Shown here piece by piece: positions 1 to 11,135 of a stretch of DNA of 36,880 nt. The notes under the pieces were generated by a model that saw nothing but the letters and a program-made list of their open reading frames with translations, did no database searches and had not been told where the DNA came from. Positions within the stretch are counted from its first letter, which is position 1. The number at the start of each line of letters is the position of its first letter. A program made the translations under genes and the position numbers. The stretch lies in sequence record SRR20825010_2067; one strand, written 5' to 3'.

Positions 1-166
1 GCACCCGATTTACGGCAAGATCATCAAGCGTTCCACCAAACTGATGGCGCATGATGAAGAAAATCAGTGTCGTGAAGGTGACCTGGTCACCATCGAGGAG
101 TGCCGGCCGCTGTCCAAGCGTAAAGCTTGGATGCTGGTTAACGTAGTTGAACAGTCTAAGGCCTAA
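1..166 (+). CDS. rpsQ: 30S ribosomal protein S17, 3' part (5' truncated by window)
   Basis: Manual translation of frame 2: [46 protein letters not shown]; canonical position before rplN. Confidence 0.97.
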   Translation, partial: HPIYGKIIKRSTKLMAHDEENQCREGDLVTIEECRPLSKRKAWMLVNVVEQSKA

Positions 167-217
167 ACGGACCGTTGCTGTGGCTGCCTGTACAGGCAGA
201 GTTGGAGAGATTAAGCG

Positions 218-586
218 ATGATTCAGACCGAAAGCATGCTCGAGGTAGCTGATAACAGTGGCGCCCGTCGAGTACAGTGCATCAAAGTGCTGGGTGGTTC
301 TCACCGCCGCTATGCAGGCATTGGTGACATCATCAAGGTCACAGTAAAGGAAGCAATTCCACGCGGCCGTGTAAAGAAAGGCGACGTGATGACCGCCGTT
401 GTCGTACGTACCCGTAAAGGCGTGCGTCGTCCCGACGGTTCACTGATTCGTTTCGACGAAAATGCCGCGGTGTTGTTGAACAACAACAAAGCACCGGTCG
501 GTACCCGGATCTTCGGCCCAGTAACGCGCGAGCTGCGTACTGAGCAATTTATGAAGATCATTTCCCTGGCACCTGAAGTTCTGTAA
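218..586 (+). CDS. rplN: 50S ribosomal protein L14
   Basis: [28 protein letters not shown]...SLAPEVL; RBS GGAG upstream. Confidence 0.99.
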   Translation: MIQTESMLEVADNSGARRVQCIKVLGGSHRRYAGIGDIIKVTVKEAIPRGRVKKGDVMTAVVVRTRKGVRRPDGSLIRFDENAAVLLNNNKAPVGTRIFGPVTRELRTEQFMKIISLAPEVL

Positions 587-601
587 AGGCGGGTGAAGGT
601 A

Positions 602-910
602 ATGCTCAAGATTAAGCGTGATGACGAAATCATCGTAATTGCGGGAAAGGACAAAGGTAAGCGTGGCTCTGTTCAGCAAGTCCTGGACAACGGTCGCCTC
701 ATCGTTGCTGGCGTTAACATGGTCAAGAAGCATGTTAAAGCCAATCCTAACCGCGGTACTCAAGGCGGCATCGTAGAACAGGAAGCATCGCTTAACGCTT
801 CCAACGTTGCCATCTGGAACCCCAAGACGCAGAAAGCGGATCGTGTGGGCTTCCGTTTTGAAGACGGCAAAAAAGTTCGCTTCTTCAAGTCCAACGGCGA
901 AACGCTGTAG
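602..910 (+). CDS. rplX: 50S ribosomal protein L24
   Basis: KOW motif [22 protein letters not shown] 602 preferred over GTG 593. Confidence 0.98.
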   Translation: MLKIKRDDEIIVIAGKDKGKRGSVQQVLDNGRLIVAGVNMVKKHVKANPNRGTQGGIVEQEASLNASNVAIWNPKTQKADRVGFRFEDGKKVRFFKSNGETL

Positions 911-923
911 GTTTAGGTGACCC

Positions 924-1463
924 ATGAGTGATCTGAAAAAGATTTATCTAGACGAAATCGCGCCCAAGCTGAAAGAAGAGCTTGGTCTCGGTAACATCAT
1001 GGAAGTGCCGAAGATCACCAAGATCACCCTGAATATGGGTGTTGGTGAAGCTTCTGCGGATCGTAAAGCGATGGAAGGTGCACTGTCGGACATGACGGCC
1101 ATTTCTGGTCAGAAGCCGCTGGTAACCAACGCTCGCAAGTCTGTTGCAGGCTTCAAGATCCGTGAAGGTTGGCCGATTGGCTGCAAGGTGACCATGCGCA
1201 ACCAGAGAATGTATGAATTTCTGGAACGCTTGGTTTCTGTTGCCATTCCGCGCATCCGTGACTTCCGTGGTTTGAATCCGAAATCCTTCGATGGCCGGGG
1301 CAACTTCTCCATGGGTCTGCGCGAGCAGATCGTGTTCCCGGAAATCGATTTCGACAAGGTCGACAAGCTGCGTGGTATGGATATTACCATTACCACTACA
1401 GCCAAGACCGATGACGAAGCACGGGCGCTGCTGCGCGCCTTCAACCTCCCGCTGAAGGGCTAA
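924..1463 (+). CDS. rplE: 50S ribosomal protein L5
   Basis: [26 protein letters not shown]; spc operon order. Confidence 0.99.
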   Translation: MSDLKKIYLDEIAPKLKEELGLGNIMEVPKITKITLNMGVGEASADRKAMEGALSDMTAISGQKPLVTNARKSVAGFKIREGWPIGCKVTMRNQRMYEFLERLVSVAIPRIRDFRGLNPKSFDGRGNFSMGLREQIVFPEIDFDKVDKLRGMDITITTTAKTDDEARALLRAFNLPLKG

Positions 1464-1474
1464 GAGGATTTGTC

Positions 1475-1780
1475 ATGGCTAAAGAATCCATGAAAAACCG
1501 GGAAGCAAAACGCGCTAAGCTGGTTCAGCGTTTTGCCGCCAAGCGCGCAGCGCTTAAGGCGATCATCCAGGATCCCAATGCAGAACCTGAAGCGAAGTGG
1601 GATGCTCAGCTTCAGCTGCAAAAAATGCCGCGCGATTCTTCCCCGGTTCGTCAGCGTAATCGCTGTCGCATCACCGGTCGTCCGCACGGTTACTACCGCA
1701 AGTTCGGCCTGAGCCGGATCAAGCTGCGTGAAGCAGCAATGCGCGGTGATGTTCCCGGTCTGGTAAAAGCCAGCTGGTAA
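1475..1780 (+). CDS. rpsN: 30S ribosomal protein S14 (101-aa, non-zinc form)
   Basis: [26 protein letters not shown]...PGLVKASW. Confidence 0.99.
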   Translation: MAKESMKNREAKRAKLVQRFAAKRAALKAIIQDPNAEPEAKWDAQLQLQKMPRDSSPVRQRNRCRITGRPHGYYRKFGLSRIKLREAAMRGDVPGLVKASW

Positions 1781-1811
1781 GCCAAGAGTTAGGTAGCGGA
1801 GCGATTGCGGC

Positions 1812-2204
1812 ATGAGCATGCAAGATACCCTGGCGGATATGTTTACTCGTATCCGTAACGCCCAAATGGCCAAGAAAGTACAGGTAGAGATTCCTGCGTC
1901 AAAAGCAAAGGAAGCTGTTGCCAAAGTACTGAAGGACGAGGGCTATATTGCAGGTTACGAAGTAACCAGCGATAAGAAACCGGTAATGACGGTTGAGCTG
2001 AAGTATTTCGAAGGCAACCCAGTGATCGAAAAGATCGCACGGGTAAGCCGTCCTGGTCTGCGGGTTTACAAGTCCGCTGGTGAGATCCCCAAGGTTAAAG
2101 ATGGCCTTGGTGTTATGATCGTATCCACTAATCAGGGCATTATTTCTGACCGCGCAGCGCGCAAAGCCAATGTTGGTGGCGAGCTGATCTGCGAAGTGTC
2201 CTAA
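1812..2204 (+). CDS. rpsH: 30S ribosomal protein S8
   Basis: [26 protein letters not shown]. Confidence 0.99.
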   Translation: MSMQDTLADMFTRIRNAQMAKKVQVEIPASKAKEAVAKVLKDEGYIAGYEVTSDKKPVMTVELKYFEGNPVIEKIARVSRPGLRVYKSAGEIPKVKDGLGVMIVSTNQGIISDRAARKANVGGELICEVS

Positions 2205-2235
2205 CAGAAGCGGCGTAGACAGGTTAGGTGCAACA

Positions 2236-2769
2236 ATGTCTAGAGTAGCAAAAAATCCGGTAAATCTGCCGAAGGGCGTCGAAGTTAAAGTCGATGGCCA
2301 GAAAGTCGCCGTAAAAGGTGGCAAAGGCAGCCTGGAGCATGAAGTTCACGAGCTGGTAGCCGTGTCCCTGGAAGAAGGCGTGATGTCTGTTAAGCCTCAC
2401 GACGACTCCCAGAAGGCCTGGGCTTTGGCCGGGACTACCCGTGCTCTGCTGAATAACATGGTAACCGGCGTAGCCGATGGGTTTGAGCGTAAGCTCCAGC
2501 TCCTGGGTGTTGGTTACCGAGCACAGGCTCAGGGCAAGGTGTTGAACCTGACCCTCGGGTTTTCCCACCCGGTGGCTTACGAGTTGCCTGAAGGGATTAC
2601 CGTAGAAACCCCGAGCCAGACTGAAATTGTCATTAAGGGCATTGATAAGCAACTGGTTGGTCAGGTTGCAGCCAATGTTCGGGCCTTCCGTCCGCCTGAG
2701 CCCTATAAGGGTAAAGGGGTGCGCTATGCTGATGAGCAAGTGCGCCGTAAGGAAGCCAAGAAGAAATAA
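2236..2769 (+). CDS. rplF: 50S ribosomal protein L6
   Basis: [22 protein letters not shown]. Confidence 0.99.
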   Translation: MSRVAKNPVNLPKGVEVKVDGQKVAVKGGKGSLEHEVHELVAVSLEEGVMSVKPHDDSQKAWALAGTTRALLNNMVTGVADGFERKLQLLGVGYRAQAQGKVLNLTLGFSHPVAYELPEGITVETPSQTEIVIKGIDKQLVGQVAANVRAFRPPEPYKGKGVRYADEQVRRKEAKKK

Positions 2770-2786
2770 TCGTCGAGATTGATGCC

Positions 2787-3137
2787 ATGAAAGACAAAAA
2801 AGTTGCACGTCTACGCAGGGCCAAGCGCACTCGTCTGAAGATTCGCGAGTTGGGCGAAGTTCGTCTTTGCGTACATCGTACCCCGCGTCATATTTATGCG
2901 CAGGTAATCTCTGCGGCAGGCGACCAGGTACTGGCTTCTGCCAGTACAGTGGAGAAAGATTTGCGTGCTGACGCTACCGGCAACGCTGATGCAGCGACCA
3001 AAGTTGGTCAGATTATTGCTCAGCGTGCCAAAGAAGCGGGCATTGAGCGCGTAGCCTTTGACCGTTCTGGTTTTAAATATCACGGTCGCGTAAAGGCGCT
3101 GGCTGATGCCGCGCGTGAAAACGGGCTTGAATTCTAA
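2787..3137 (+). CDS. rplR: 50S ribosomal protein L18
   Basis: [26 protein letters not shown]. Confidence 0.99.
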   Translation: MKDKKVARLRRAKRTRLKIRELGEVRLCVHRTPRHIYAQVISAAGDQVLASASTVEKDLRADATGNADAATKVGQIIAQRAKEAGIERVAFDRSGFKYHGRVKALADAARENGLEF

Positions 3138-3149
3138 GGGTGCTTGGTT

Positions 3150-3647
3150 ATGGCGAAGGTTGATCCCAACGAAGGTCTGCAGGAAAAACTGGTTCAGGTA
3201 AACCGGGTTGCTAAAGTAGTAAAAGGCGGCCGTATTTTTGGTTTTACCGCGTTGACTGTAGTGGGTGACGGCAAGGGTAAAGTTGGCTTTGGTCGTGGCA
3301 AGGCGCGTGAAGTGCCTGCTGCTATCCAGAAAGCCCTGGAAGCTGCCCGCCGCAACATGATTCAGGTAGAGCTGAACGGCTCTACCATCCAGCACCCAAT
3401 GAAGGCCCGTCACGGTGCCTCCAAGGTGTACATGCAGCCGGCCGATGAAGGTACCGGTGTGATTGCCGGCGGTGCCATGCGTGCCGTGCTGGAAGTCGCA
3501 GGCGTTCAGAACGTACTGGCCAAATGCTATGGCTCCACTAACCCGGTAAACGTGGTTCGGGCTACTTTCAATGGTCTGAAATCCATGGCTTCTCCGGAAT
3601 CTGTGGCTGCCAAGCGTGGCAAGTCTGTTGAAGAGATTCTGAACTAA
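3150..3647 (+). CDS. rpsE: 30S ribosomal protein S5
   Basis: [28 protein letters not shown] at 3150. Confidence 0.99.
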   Translation: MAKVDPNEGLQEKLVQVNRVAKVVKGGRIFGFTALTVVGDGKGKVGFGRGKAREVPAAIQKALEAARRNMIQVELNGSTIQHPMKARHGASKVYMQPADEGTGVIAGGAMRAVLEVAGVQNVLAKCYGSTNPVNVVRATFNGLKSMASPESVAAKRGKSVEEILN

Positions 3648-3671
3648 GCGCAGATAAGCGGAATCGATACG

Positions 3672-3854
3672 ATGGCTGAAAAGATCAAGGTAAAGCTGGT
3701 TAAAAGCACCAACGGCCGGCTCGAAAAGCATAGGGCCTGCGTGCGTGGTCTCGGTCTGCGCCGTATTGGCCACACCGTTGAAGTTGAAGATACCCCGTCA
3801 GTGCGAGGCATGATTAACAAGGTCTCGTACCTGGTGCAGGTAGAGGGAGAATAA
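3672..3854 (+). CDS. rpmD: 50S ribosomal protein L30
   Basis: [23 protein letters not shown]. Confidence 0.98.
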   Translation: MAEKIKVKLVKSTNGRLEKHRACVRGLGLRRIGHTVEVEDTPSVRGMINKVSYLVQVEGE

Positions 3855-3857
3855 GTG

Positions 3858-4292
3858 ATGCGTCTTAATGATTTGCATCCTGCTGAAGGTTCCCGTCCGG
3901 AAGGTAAGCGCGTAGGTCGCGGTATCGGTTCCGGCTTGGGCAAGACTGGTGGCCGTGGTCATAAAGGTCAGAAGTCTCGCTCCGGTGGTACCGTGAAGCC
4001 AGGTTTCGAAGGTGGTCAAATGCCGCTGCAGCGTCGTGTGCCGAAGTTCGGTTTCACGTCCAAGCTGGCAATGGGTACTGCTGAAGTCCGTCTTGCTGAG
4101 CTGGCAAAAGTGGAAGGTGACGTGATCGACCTGGCTTCTTTGAAAGCAGCCAACGTTGTTCGCCGTGACATGAAGCGGGCCAAGATTGTTCTGCAAGGTG
4201 AAATTGATCGTGCAGTGACCGTTCGTGGTGTGGCCATTTCCAAAGGCGCCCGTGAAGCGGTTGAAAAAGCTGGCGGTAAAGTCGAAGAGTAA
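3858..4292 (+). CDS. rplO: 50S ribosomal protein L15
   Basis: [35 protein letters not shown]. Confidence 0.99.
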   Translation: MRLNDLHPAEGSRPEGKRVGRGIGSGLGKTGGRGHKGQKSRSGGTVKPGFEGGQMPLQRRVPKFGFTSKLAMGTAEVRLAELAKVEGDVIDLASLKAANVVRRDMKRAKIVLQGEIDRAVTVRGVAISKGAREAVEKAGGKVEE

Positions 4293-4303
4293 GGCTGCGC
4301 TTT

Positions 4304-5686
4304 ATGGCGAAGAATCGCGCTCAAACACTAAATGGCGGTGCGCCGAAAGCTGACGGTAACGCAATGCGTGAACTGTGGCGGCGGATCGGTTTTCTGTTGG
4401 GCGCCCTGGTGGTGTTCCGGGTCGGGGCGCATATCCCGGTCCCGGGCATGAACCCGGAAGCGTTGCAACAGATGTTCAACAATAACCGGGACACCATTCT
4501 TGGCCTGTTCAACATGTTCTCTGGTGGTTCACTGGAGCGCATGAGTATCTTTGCGTTGGGCATCATGCCCTACATTACAGCCAGCATCGTGATTCAGCTG
4601 ATGACGGCCGTAGTTCCCACGCTCGAGCAGCTTCGTAAAGAAGGTGAGCAAGGGCGGCGCAAGATCACCCAGTACACCCGTTATCTGACGGTGGCGCTGG
4701 GTGCGATTCAGTCTTTCGGTATGGTGGCCGGCCTTAACAGCCAGGGCATTACGCTGCTGCCTGAAACAGCCAGTAGCATGCAAATTGCCAGCTTCTACTT
4801 TGTGGCAGTCAGCACCCTGGTAACGGGTACTGTCTTCCTGATGTGGCTGGGTGAACAGATTACCGAGCGCGGTATCGGCAATGGTATCTCCATGCTGATT
4901 TTCGCCTCCATCGTGTCCGGCCTGCCTGGTGCGGTGGCGCAGACGTTTGAATCTGCGCGTACCGGCGACCTCAGCCTGATCATGATGCTGTTTGTGTTCC
5001 TGGTCGCTATGGCCGTGATTTTCGGTGTGGTGTACGTGGAGCGCGGGCAACGCCGTATTACGGTAAACTATGCGCGCCGTCAGCAAGGGCGTCGTGTGTA
5101 TGCAGCACAGCAGAGTCATCTGCCGCTGAAGGTGAACATGGCAGGGGTGATTCCTGCGATTTTTGCCAGCTCTATATTGCTGTTTCCGGCGTCCCTGACC
5201 CAGTGGTTCAGTGATTCCAATCCGGATTCATGGTGGGGCCAGGCATTGCGTAATGTCAGTGAAGCTCTGCTGCCGGGTACACCGCTGTATATTCTGCTGT
5301 TTACCCTGGCAATTGTGTTCTTTTGCTACTTTTATACAGCGCTGGTGTTCAATCCGAAGGATGTCGCTGACAACCTGAAGAAATCCGGCGCTTATATTCC
5401 GGGCATTCGCCCGGGCGAGCAGTCCGCTCGCTATATCGACACGGTGATGGGGCGTTTGACTCTGATCGGTGCGGTATACATGACGCTGGTGTGCTTACTG
5501 CCGCTGGGTCTGCAAGCTGTTGCCAATGTGCCCTTTTACCTGGGTGGCACCTCTCTGCTGATCGTTGTGGTAGTGGTAATGGACTTCTGGTCGCAGGTTA
5601 ATTCGCACCTGACGTCCACCCAGTACGAGAAGTTGATGAAGAAATCCAACCTGAAAGGGTATGGTGGCACCGGTCTGGTGCGTTAA
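4304..5686 (+). CDS. secY: Preprotein translocase subunit SecY
   Basis: [39 protein letters not shown]; multiple hydrophobic segments. Confidence 0.99.
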   Translation: MAKNRAQTLNGGAPKADGNAMRELWRRIGFLLGALVVFRVGAHIPVPGMNPEALQQMFNNNRDTILGLFNMFSGGSLERMSIFALGIMPYITASIVIQLMTAVVPTLEQLRKEGEQGRRKITQYTRYLTVALGAIQSFGMVAGLNSQGITLLPETASSMQIASFYFVAVSTLVTGTVFLMWLGEQITERGIGNGISMLIFASIVSGLPGAVAQTFESARTGDLSLIMMLFVFLVAMAVIFGVVYVERGQRRITVNYARRQQGRRVYAAQQSHLPLKVNMAGVIPAIFASSILLFPASLTQWFSDSNPDSWWGQALRNVSEALLPGTPLYILLFTLAIVFFCYFYTALVFNPKDVADNLKKSGAYIPGIRPGEQSARYIDTVMGRLTLIGAVYMTLVCLLPLGLQAVANVPFYLGGTSLLIVVVVVMDFWSQVNSHLTSTQYEKLMKKSNLKGYGGTGLVR

Positions 5687-5703
5687 CGAACGAGGCGAGT
5701 GCG

Positions 5704-5820
5704 ATGAAAGTTCAGGCTTCTGTAAAGAAGATCTGCCGTAACTGCAAAGTGATCCGTCGTAAGGGGCGTGTCATGGTAATCTGCAGTGCCGAACCCCGGC
5801 ACAAGCAGCGCCAGGGTTAA
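5704..5820 (+). CDS. rpmJ: 50S ribosomal protein L36 (zinc-ribbon C+ form); below ORF-track size cutoff
   Basis: Manual translation [45 protein letters not shown] upstream. Confidence 0.98.
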   Translation: MKVQASVKKICRNCKVIRRKGRVMVICSAEPRHKQRQG

Positions 5821-5846
5821 GGTTTAGTCTTCTTTTAAGTGTTTGG

Positions 5847-5875
5847 TTGAAATTCAGTCGGTGTAGCGCTAGACT
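5847..5875 (+). promoter_or_regulatory. Putative sigma70 promoter of the alpha operon
   Basis: TTGAAA (5847-5852), 17 nt, TAGACT (5870-5875) at the position where the alpha promoter lies in other gammaproteobacteria. Confidence 0.65.
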
Positions 5876-5936
5876 CTGCCGCCTTTCGGCGCCTGTGAGC
5901 CTGGCGCCACCCGTTTTGTGAATCGGAGATATTCGG

Positions 5937-6293
5937 ATGGCCCGTATTGCAGGCGTTAACATCCCGGAAAATAAGCACACGGTGATTTCTCTCACCTACA
6001 TCTTCGGGATCGGTCGCACCCGCGCAGCATCAATCTGCGTAGCGACTGGTATTGAGCAGACCGCGAAAGTTCGCGAGCTGACCGGTGAGCAACTTGATGC
6101 CATTCGTGGCGAAGTTGCCAAGTTCTCTACCGAAGGTGACCTGCGCCGGGAAATCAACATGAACATTAAGCGTCTGATGGACCTCGGTTGCTACCGTGGT
6201 ATTCGCCATCGTCGCGGCTTGCCGCTTCGCGGTCAGCGTACCAAGACCAATGCGCGCACCCGTAAAGGTCCGCGTAAACCGATTCGCAAATAA
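5937..6293 (+). CDS. rpsM: 30S ribosomal protein S13
   Basis: [28 protein letters not shown]. Confidence 0.99.
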   Translation: MARIAGVNIPENKHTVISLTYIFGIGRTRAASICVATGIEQTAKVRELTGEQLDAIRGEVAKFSTEGDLRREINMNIKRLMDLGCYRGIRHRRGLPLRGQRTKTNARTRKGPRKPIRK

Positions 6294-6329
6294 GCTGAAT
6301 TAGACAGCGGCTGGATTTGGATAGGCATT

Positions 6330-6728
6330 ATGGCTAAGTCAAAGAAAGATAGTGGCGCACGTCGTAAGAAGGTAACGCGCACCGTTGCGGACGGTATTGC
6401 GCACGTGCACGCTTCCTTCAACAACACCATCATCACCATCACTGATCGTCAGGGCAATGCGTTGTCCTGGGCGACCTCCGGTGGTGCTGGTTTCCGTGGT
6501 TCTCGTAAAAGCACCCCGTTTGCTGCCCAGGTGGCGGCTGAAAACGCGGGTAATGCTGCGAAGGACTACGGTCTGAAAAATCTTGAAGTGCGGGTGAAAG
6601 GCCCCGGTCCGGGTCGTGAATCTTCTATTCGCGCCCTGAACGGCTGCGGATACAAGATCACCCATATTGAGGACGTAACGCCGATTCCCCATAACGGTTG
6701 CCGTCCGCCTAAAAAGCGTCGCGTGTAA
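6330..6728 (+). CDS. rpsK: 30S ribosomal protein S11
   Basis: [29 protein letters not shown]. Confidence 0.99.
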   Translation: MAKSKKDSGARRKKVTRTVADGIAHVHASFNNTIITITDRQGNALSWATSGGAGFRGSRKSTPFAAQVAAENAGNAAKDYGLKNLEVRVKGPGPGRESSIRALNGCGYKITHIEDVTPIPHNGCRPPKKRRV

Positions 6729-6744
6729 CGGGAGTTAGAGCAAG

Positions 6745-7377
6745 ATGGCAAGATACATCGGTCCCAAGTGCAAGCTTTCCCGTCGAGAAGGCACTGATCT
6801 GTTCCTGAAGAGCGGTATCCGCCCTCTGGAATCCAAGTGTAAAGCTGAGCAGGCTCCTGGCCAGGCTGCAGGTGCAAGCGGGCGTCGCCCGGCACGGCTG
6901 TCTGACTACGGTGTTCAGCTGCGCGAGAAGCAGAAAGTTCGTCGTACCTATGGTGTGCTGGAAAAGCAGTTCCGTAGCTACTACAAGAAAGCGGCCGCTT
7001 CCAAGGGCGCAACAGGCGAAGTCCTGCTGCAGCTTCTGGAAGGCCGTCTGGATAACGTGGTCTACCGCATGGGCTTTGGTTCTACCCGTTCCGAAGCGCG
7101 TCAACTGGTTAGCCACCGTGCCATTCTGGTTAACGGCCAGTCTGTGAATGTTGCGTCTTACCAGGTGAAGCCTGGCGATCAGATCAACGTTCGCGAGAAG
7201 TCCAAGAACCAGCTGCGCGTGAAAAACGCTATGGAGCTCGCTCAGCAGCGCGGCTTTATGCCGTGGATTGAAGTTGATGACAAGAAGCTGGAAGGTACCT
7301 ACAAGGCTAAGCCTGAGCGTATCGACCTGCCTGCCGAGATCAACGAAAATCTGATCGTCGAGCTGTACTCCAAGTAA
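6745..7377 (+). CDS. rpsD: 30S ribosomal protein S4
   Basis: [37 protein letters not shown]. Confidence 0.99.
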   Translation: MARYIGPKCKLSRREGTDLFLKSGIRPLESKCKAEQAPGQAAGASGRRPARLSDYGVQLREKQKVRRTYGVLEKQFRSYYKKAAASKGATGEVLLQLLEGRLDNVVYRMGFGSTRSEARQLVSHRAILVNGQSVNVASYQVKPGDQINVREKSKNQLRVKNAMELAQQRGFMPWIEVDDKKLEGTYKAKPERIDLPAEINENLIVELYSK

Positions 7378-7397
7378 GGACTGCCTGAGGGATCTCT

Positions 7398-8405
7398 ATG
7401 ACCGCCGTGAACGACTTTCTCACGCCCCGCTCGATCGCGGTCAACGCGATCAACCAGACCCACGCCAAAGTGGTTCTGGAACCGCTGGAGCGTGGTTTTG
7501 GCCACACTCTGGGGACTGCGCTGCGCCGCATCCTGATCTCCAGCATGCCCGGCTGTGCGATCACCGAAGTGGAGATCGACGGTGTGCAGCATGAATATTC
7601 TTCTATTGAAGGGGTTCAGGAAGATGTGATCAACATCCTGCTGAACCTGAAGGGCGTTGCCCTGCAGATGGAAGATCGCGAAGAAGCGACCCTCGAGCTG
7701 GTCAAGAAAGGCCCGGGCGCTGTAACCGCGAATGACATCCAGCGCGATCACAGCGTTGAGATTGTTAACCCGGATCACCTGATCTGCACCATCACCGGCG
7801 ACACCGAACTGCGTGTGAAGCTGAAGGTTCAGAAAGGGCGCGGCTATGTTGCTGCGGACTCCCGTCAGTCTGAAGACGACGAGACTCGTGGTATTGGCCG
7901 TCTGCAGCTGGATGCCAGCTACAGCCCGGTTCGTCGCGTGGCCTATGTGGTTGAAGCGGCCCGTGTTGAGCAGCGTACTGACCTGGACAAACTGGTTATC
8001 GATCTGGAAACAGACGGAACCATTGATCCGGAAGAAGCGATTCGTCGTGCAGCAACGATTCTGCAGCAGCAGATTGCGGTGTTTGTAGACCTAGAGCAGG
8101 ATGCCAAGCCTGAGCCGAAGCAGGAGCGTGAGGAAATCGATCCTATCCTGCTGCGTCCGGTGGATGATCTTGAGCTGACCGTTCGTTCCGCTAACTGTTT
8201 GAAAGCGGAAAACATCTACTACATCGGTGATCTGGTACAGCGTACCGAGGTTGAGCTGCTGAAAACCCCGAACCTGGGTAAGAAGTCGCTGACCGAGATC
8301 AAAGATGTACTGGCCTCTAAAGGTCTGTCACTGGGCATGCGTCTTGAGAACTGGCCACCGGTCAGCCTGCGGGATGATGACCGGCTGAACACCAAATTGC
8401 GCTAA
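7398..8405 (+). CDS. rpoA: RNA polymerase alpha subunit
   Basis: [38 protein letters not shown]. Confidence 0.99.
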   Translation: MTAVNDFLTPRSIAVNAINQTHAKVVLEPLERGFGHTLGTALRRILISSMPGCAITEVEIDGVQHEYSSIEGVQEDVINILLNLKGVALQMEDREEATLELVKKGPGAVTANDIQRDHSVEIVNPDHLICTITGDTELRVKLKVQKGRGYVAADSRQSEDDETRGIGRLQLDASYSPVRRVAYVVEAARVEQRTDLDKLVIDLETDGTIDPEEAIRRAATILQQQIAVFVDLEQDAKPEPKQEREEIDPILLRPVDDLELTVRSANCLKAENIYYIGDLVQRTEVELLKTPNLGKKSLTEIKDVLASKGLSLGMRLENWPPVSLRDDDRLNTKLR

Positions 8406-8454
8406 TTAGTTGTTGTGGACGCTGTGAAGCGCCCCTGAACATAGGAACAGAATC

Positions 8455-8838
8455 ATGCGTCATCGCAAAAGCGGCAGAAAACTGAATCGGAACAGCTCTC
8501 ATCGTCAGGCTATGTTCCGTAACATGGCTGTGTCTCTGCTCGAGCACGAAGCGATCAAGACTACTCTGCCGAAAGCCAAAGAGCTGCGTCGTGTGGCTGA
8601 GCCGCTGATCACTCTGGCTAAGGAAGACTCCGTCGCTAACCGTCGTCTGGCTTTCGACCGTACCCGTTCAAAGGAAATGGTCGGTAAGCTGTTCAACGAA
8701 CTGGGTCCTCGTTACCAGGAGCGTCCGGGTGGCTACATCCGCATTCTCAAAATGGGCTTCCGTGCGGGCGATAACGCACCGATGGCCTATGTTGAGCTGG
8801 TTGACCGTCCTGAACTGGTTGACGCTGACGAAGAGTAA
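8455..8838 (+). CDS. rplQ: 50S ribosomal protein L17
   Basis: [24 protein letters not shown]. Confidence 0.99.
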   Translation: MRHRKSGRKLNRNSSHRQAMFRNMAVSLLEHEAIKTTLPKAKELRRVAEPLITLAKEDSVANRRLAFDRTRSKEMVGKLFNELGPRYQERPGGYIRILKMGFRAGDNAPMAYVELVDRPELVDADEE

Positions 8839-8854
8839 GCGTTAATCGTTCCAG

Positions 8855-8884
8855 AAAAAACCGGGCCCTGTGTCCGGTTTTTTT
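8855..8884 (+). terminator. Intrinsic terminator of the alpha operon
   Basis: AAAAAACCGGGC-CCTGT-GTCCGGTTTTTTT hairpin with U-tract. Confidence 0.9.
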
Positions 8885-8891
8885 GTGCCTG

Positions 8892-8919
8892 TTGCAAGTG
8901 TGAAAGCATCGGCTATGCT
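8892..8919 (+). promoter_or_regulatory. Putative promoter of the DOPA dioxygenase family gene
   Basis: TTGCAA, 16 nt, TATGCT just after the terminator. Confidence 0.4.
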
Positions 8920-8945
8920 GGAGTTGTCATTAACGGGCACAGCGT

Positions 8946-9281
8946 ATGGCGATCAACGGTTTTCACGCACACGTCTATTTCGACGAACACACCTTTTCCC
9001 AGGCAGCGGCGCTATGCCAAGCTGCCCATCAACACTTTTCTGTGCCCATGGGCCATATGCACCGCAAGCCGGTGGGGCCGCACCCATGCTGGAGCTGTCA
9101 GCTGACCATCCCGCGCCGTTTGGCCGGGGAGGTTATTCCCTGGTTAATGGCTAGCCGAAACGGTTTAACGGTATTTGTGCATGGGCTCAGTGGTGACGAT
9201 CTCCGTGATCATACGGAGTTGGTGATGTGGCTGGGTGAGAGTCAGCCGCTGGATTTGAGTATTTTTCAGTTCTCCGCCTGA
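8946..9281 (+). CDS. DOPA 4,5-dioxygenase family protein
   Basis: FHAHVYFD, H..PVGPHP.WS, VFVH, DH...WLGE motifs typical of this small family. Confidence 0.85.
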   Translation: MAINGFHAHVYFDEHTFSQAAALCQAAHQHFSVPMGHMHRKPVGPHPCWSCQLTIPRRLAGEVIPWLMASRNGLTVFVHGLSGDDLRDHTELVMWLGESQPLDLSIFQFSA

Positions 9282-9304
9282 CAAGAGGCTGCCCCACGCT
9301 TTCC

Positions 9305-9682
9305 CTACTCTTGTGCGACCGTCCTGCCCCGGTAAATAACGGCCTTATGTGCCGAGCGTGAGCGCGTGGACGTTTGTCTGGCTGTTTCAGACGTTGGGTT
9401 GATCGTTTGTCCCCTGTAGCGTCGTACTGCAGGTGCGGGGGGGGGCTGCGGTTCCGGGTCGGCGCCTTCCAGGTTGAGTAGTGCTAGCCGAATTTCGCCG
9501 TACAGCCGTTGGAGCCCCTGAGAGCGGGTATGGCCGGCGAAGTGAGCCAGCTTGAAGCGCAGTTGTGGGTCGGTGAGGGAAAGGTTTTCGTCGAACTCGG
9601 CGCGGATCAAACGCCGACACTGATTGACCAGATTAACAATGTTGTACTGCATCAACCAACGGTGGTCCGGGGTGGATTCCAT
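9305..9682 (-). CDS. Hypothetical protein with two C-terminal YRG motifs
   Basis: GAGGAG RBS shortly before ATG 9682; fills the gap between flanking genes. Confidence 0.7.
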   Translation of the reverse strand: MESTPDHRWLMQYNIVNLVNQCRRLIRAEFDENLSLTDPQLRFKLAHFAGHTRSQGLQRLYGEIRLALLNLEGADPEPQPPPAPAVRRYRGQTINPTSETARQTSTRSRSAHKAVIYRGRTVAQE

Positions 9683-9806
9683 ACTCGTACTCCTCGGCCT
9701 GTGTATAGCCTGATACAAAGCAGAAAGCGTGCCATCAATTCAGGTCCGGCTGGTGGTGATAATGCCCCGCCACAGGGCGGGCGGGGCAAAGTGTGGTGCG
9801 GCTGCG

Positions 9807-11135
9807 CTATGGTCGTGCGTGGGAGTGTGGGGCGCGGTGTTGTCGCAGGCAGTTGGCATAAAAGGTGGTGGTGGCGGGCCAGTCGGAAAAGACACCGATG
9901 ACGCCCACCTGGCGAGCCAGTACATCCAGCAGCGTCAGGGTATCGCCGTCGTTATTGGTGGCGGAAGGGATGCTTTGGTAGTACCAGCCTCCGCCGTTGG
10001 CCAATGGCCCAGAGCGCTCCAGGGTCCAGGCAATCATATTCAGGCCGGCCTGCTGTGCGGAGCGGGCATAGGCGCTAGGGATGATACGGTTCTGGGCATC
10101 TGTAGTGACCAGCATCCATAGTGGCGGGGCGATGATGTTGATCCCGTAGCCTTTCAGCGTTGCCATGTCGGGTTGCCAGGTGCCGGGGTTTTGCGGGTCG
10201 AGTCCGCTGCTGTCCCTGCCGTCCAGATAGACCGCTTGACGGCCAAAGGCCGGTGTAGTCGATACCCAATAGCGAATATCTTCAAGGTTGAATGATTGAG
10301 GATAGACGCGGTGGGGGCTGACGCCGGCTTCTTGATAGTCACGGATCATTTGCCGTGCATAGTCCTGCTGGCTGTAGTCGCCCTGATAGGGCATGGGGAT
10401 TTGAGGGGCCTTCAGTTCCGGGGTCATCTTGACTCCCAACTGGCGGAACAGGGCGATGCTTTCCTGATGGCTGAGCAGAGTGCCGCGCTGGCGATAGAGC
10501 TCGGTGCGCCAGTCGGGTGAGCCATTCAGGTAGTCGTCAACGGTTGTGGCTTGAGGGTTGGCGCCATCCATTTTTCCCTTCAGGGTTTTGAATTGGGCTA
10601 GAGTGATGTCACTGGTGCAGCATTTCGCACTGGCGGCGTGTGTACCGTCAAAGGGGCTGAACGGTTCGCTGCACTGGCTGGCCAGTTCAGTTTCCAGGAT
10701 GTTGGTGGTGGTATGGAGATCGCACTGTGAATGGCGGCAAACCAGCTCTCGGTCTTTGGTAAAAGTAACGTCACATTCCATAATCCCTGCGCCCATACGC
10801 GCTGCAGCTCGGTAGGACTCCTCGGTGTGTTCCGGGAATTGCAGTGGCGCGCCGCGGTGGCCGATGGAAAAGTCGCTTCGCCGCAGCGGGCGGCGCTCGG
10901 CGGCACAAGCCTGCAGGGCCTCTTTGACTGGCCCGGCATCCATATCAGAGACCAGGTAATAGGGGCGGGGGCCGAGCGATACGCTACTGCTGTGGGCCGC
11001 GGCGTGGTGAGGTGCGGCTTTGCGCCCGGCTTCGCCTGGTGTGTTGTGATCAGGCGCCTGAGCGGCACAGGCTGCAGCGGCTGCGCCTATGGCTAGCGCT
11101 GCGATGCAGCCTTTCAATGCGTCAATCCGTTTCAT
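9807..11135 (-). CDS. Exported glycerophosphodiester phosphodiesterase (GDPD family)
   Basis: IGHRGA.LQFPEHT, ECDVTFTKD..LVCRH, GVFSDWP; Ala-rich signal peptide from ATG 11135 with GGAGG RBS. Confidence 0.92.
   Translation of the reverse strand: MKRIDALKGCIAALAIGAAAAACAAQAPDHNTPGEAGRKAAPHHAAAHSSSVSLGPRPYYLVSDMDAGPVKEALQACAAERRPLRRSDFSIGHRGAPLQFPEHTEESYRAAARMGAGIMECDVTFTKDRELVCRHSQCDLHTTTNILETELASQCSEPFSPFDGTHAASAKCCTSDITLAQFKTLKGKMDGANPQATTVDDYLNGSPDWRTELYRQRGTLLSHQESIALFRQLGVKMTPELKAPQIPMPYQGDYSQQDYARQMIRDYQEAGVSPHRVYPQSFNLEDIRYWVSTTPAFGRQAVYLDGRDSSGLDPQNPGTWQPDMATLKGYGINIIAPPLWMLVTTDAQNRIIPSAYARSAQQAGLNMIAWTLERSGPLANGGGWYYQSIPSATNNDGDTLTLLDVLARQVGVIGVFSDWPATTTFYANCLRQHRAPHSHARP

Noticed and set aside
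890-980. S8 autoregulatory site at the rplX-rplE junction
   Set aside because: Expected from E. coli but I could not identify the hairpin convincingly by eye
310-8696. Numerous antisense and alternative-frame ORFs over the ribosomal operons (e.g. 2811-3773, 320 aa)
   Set aside because: Shadows of strongly codon-biased genes; no recognisable motifs
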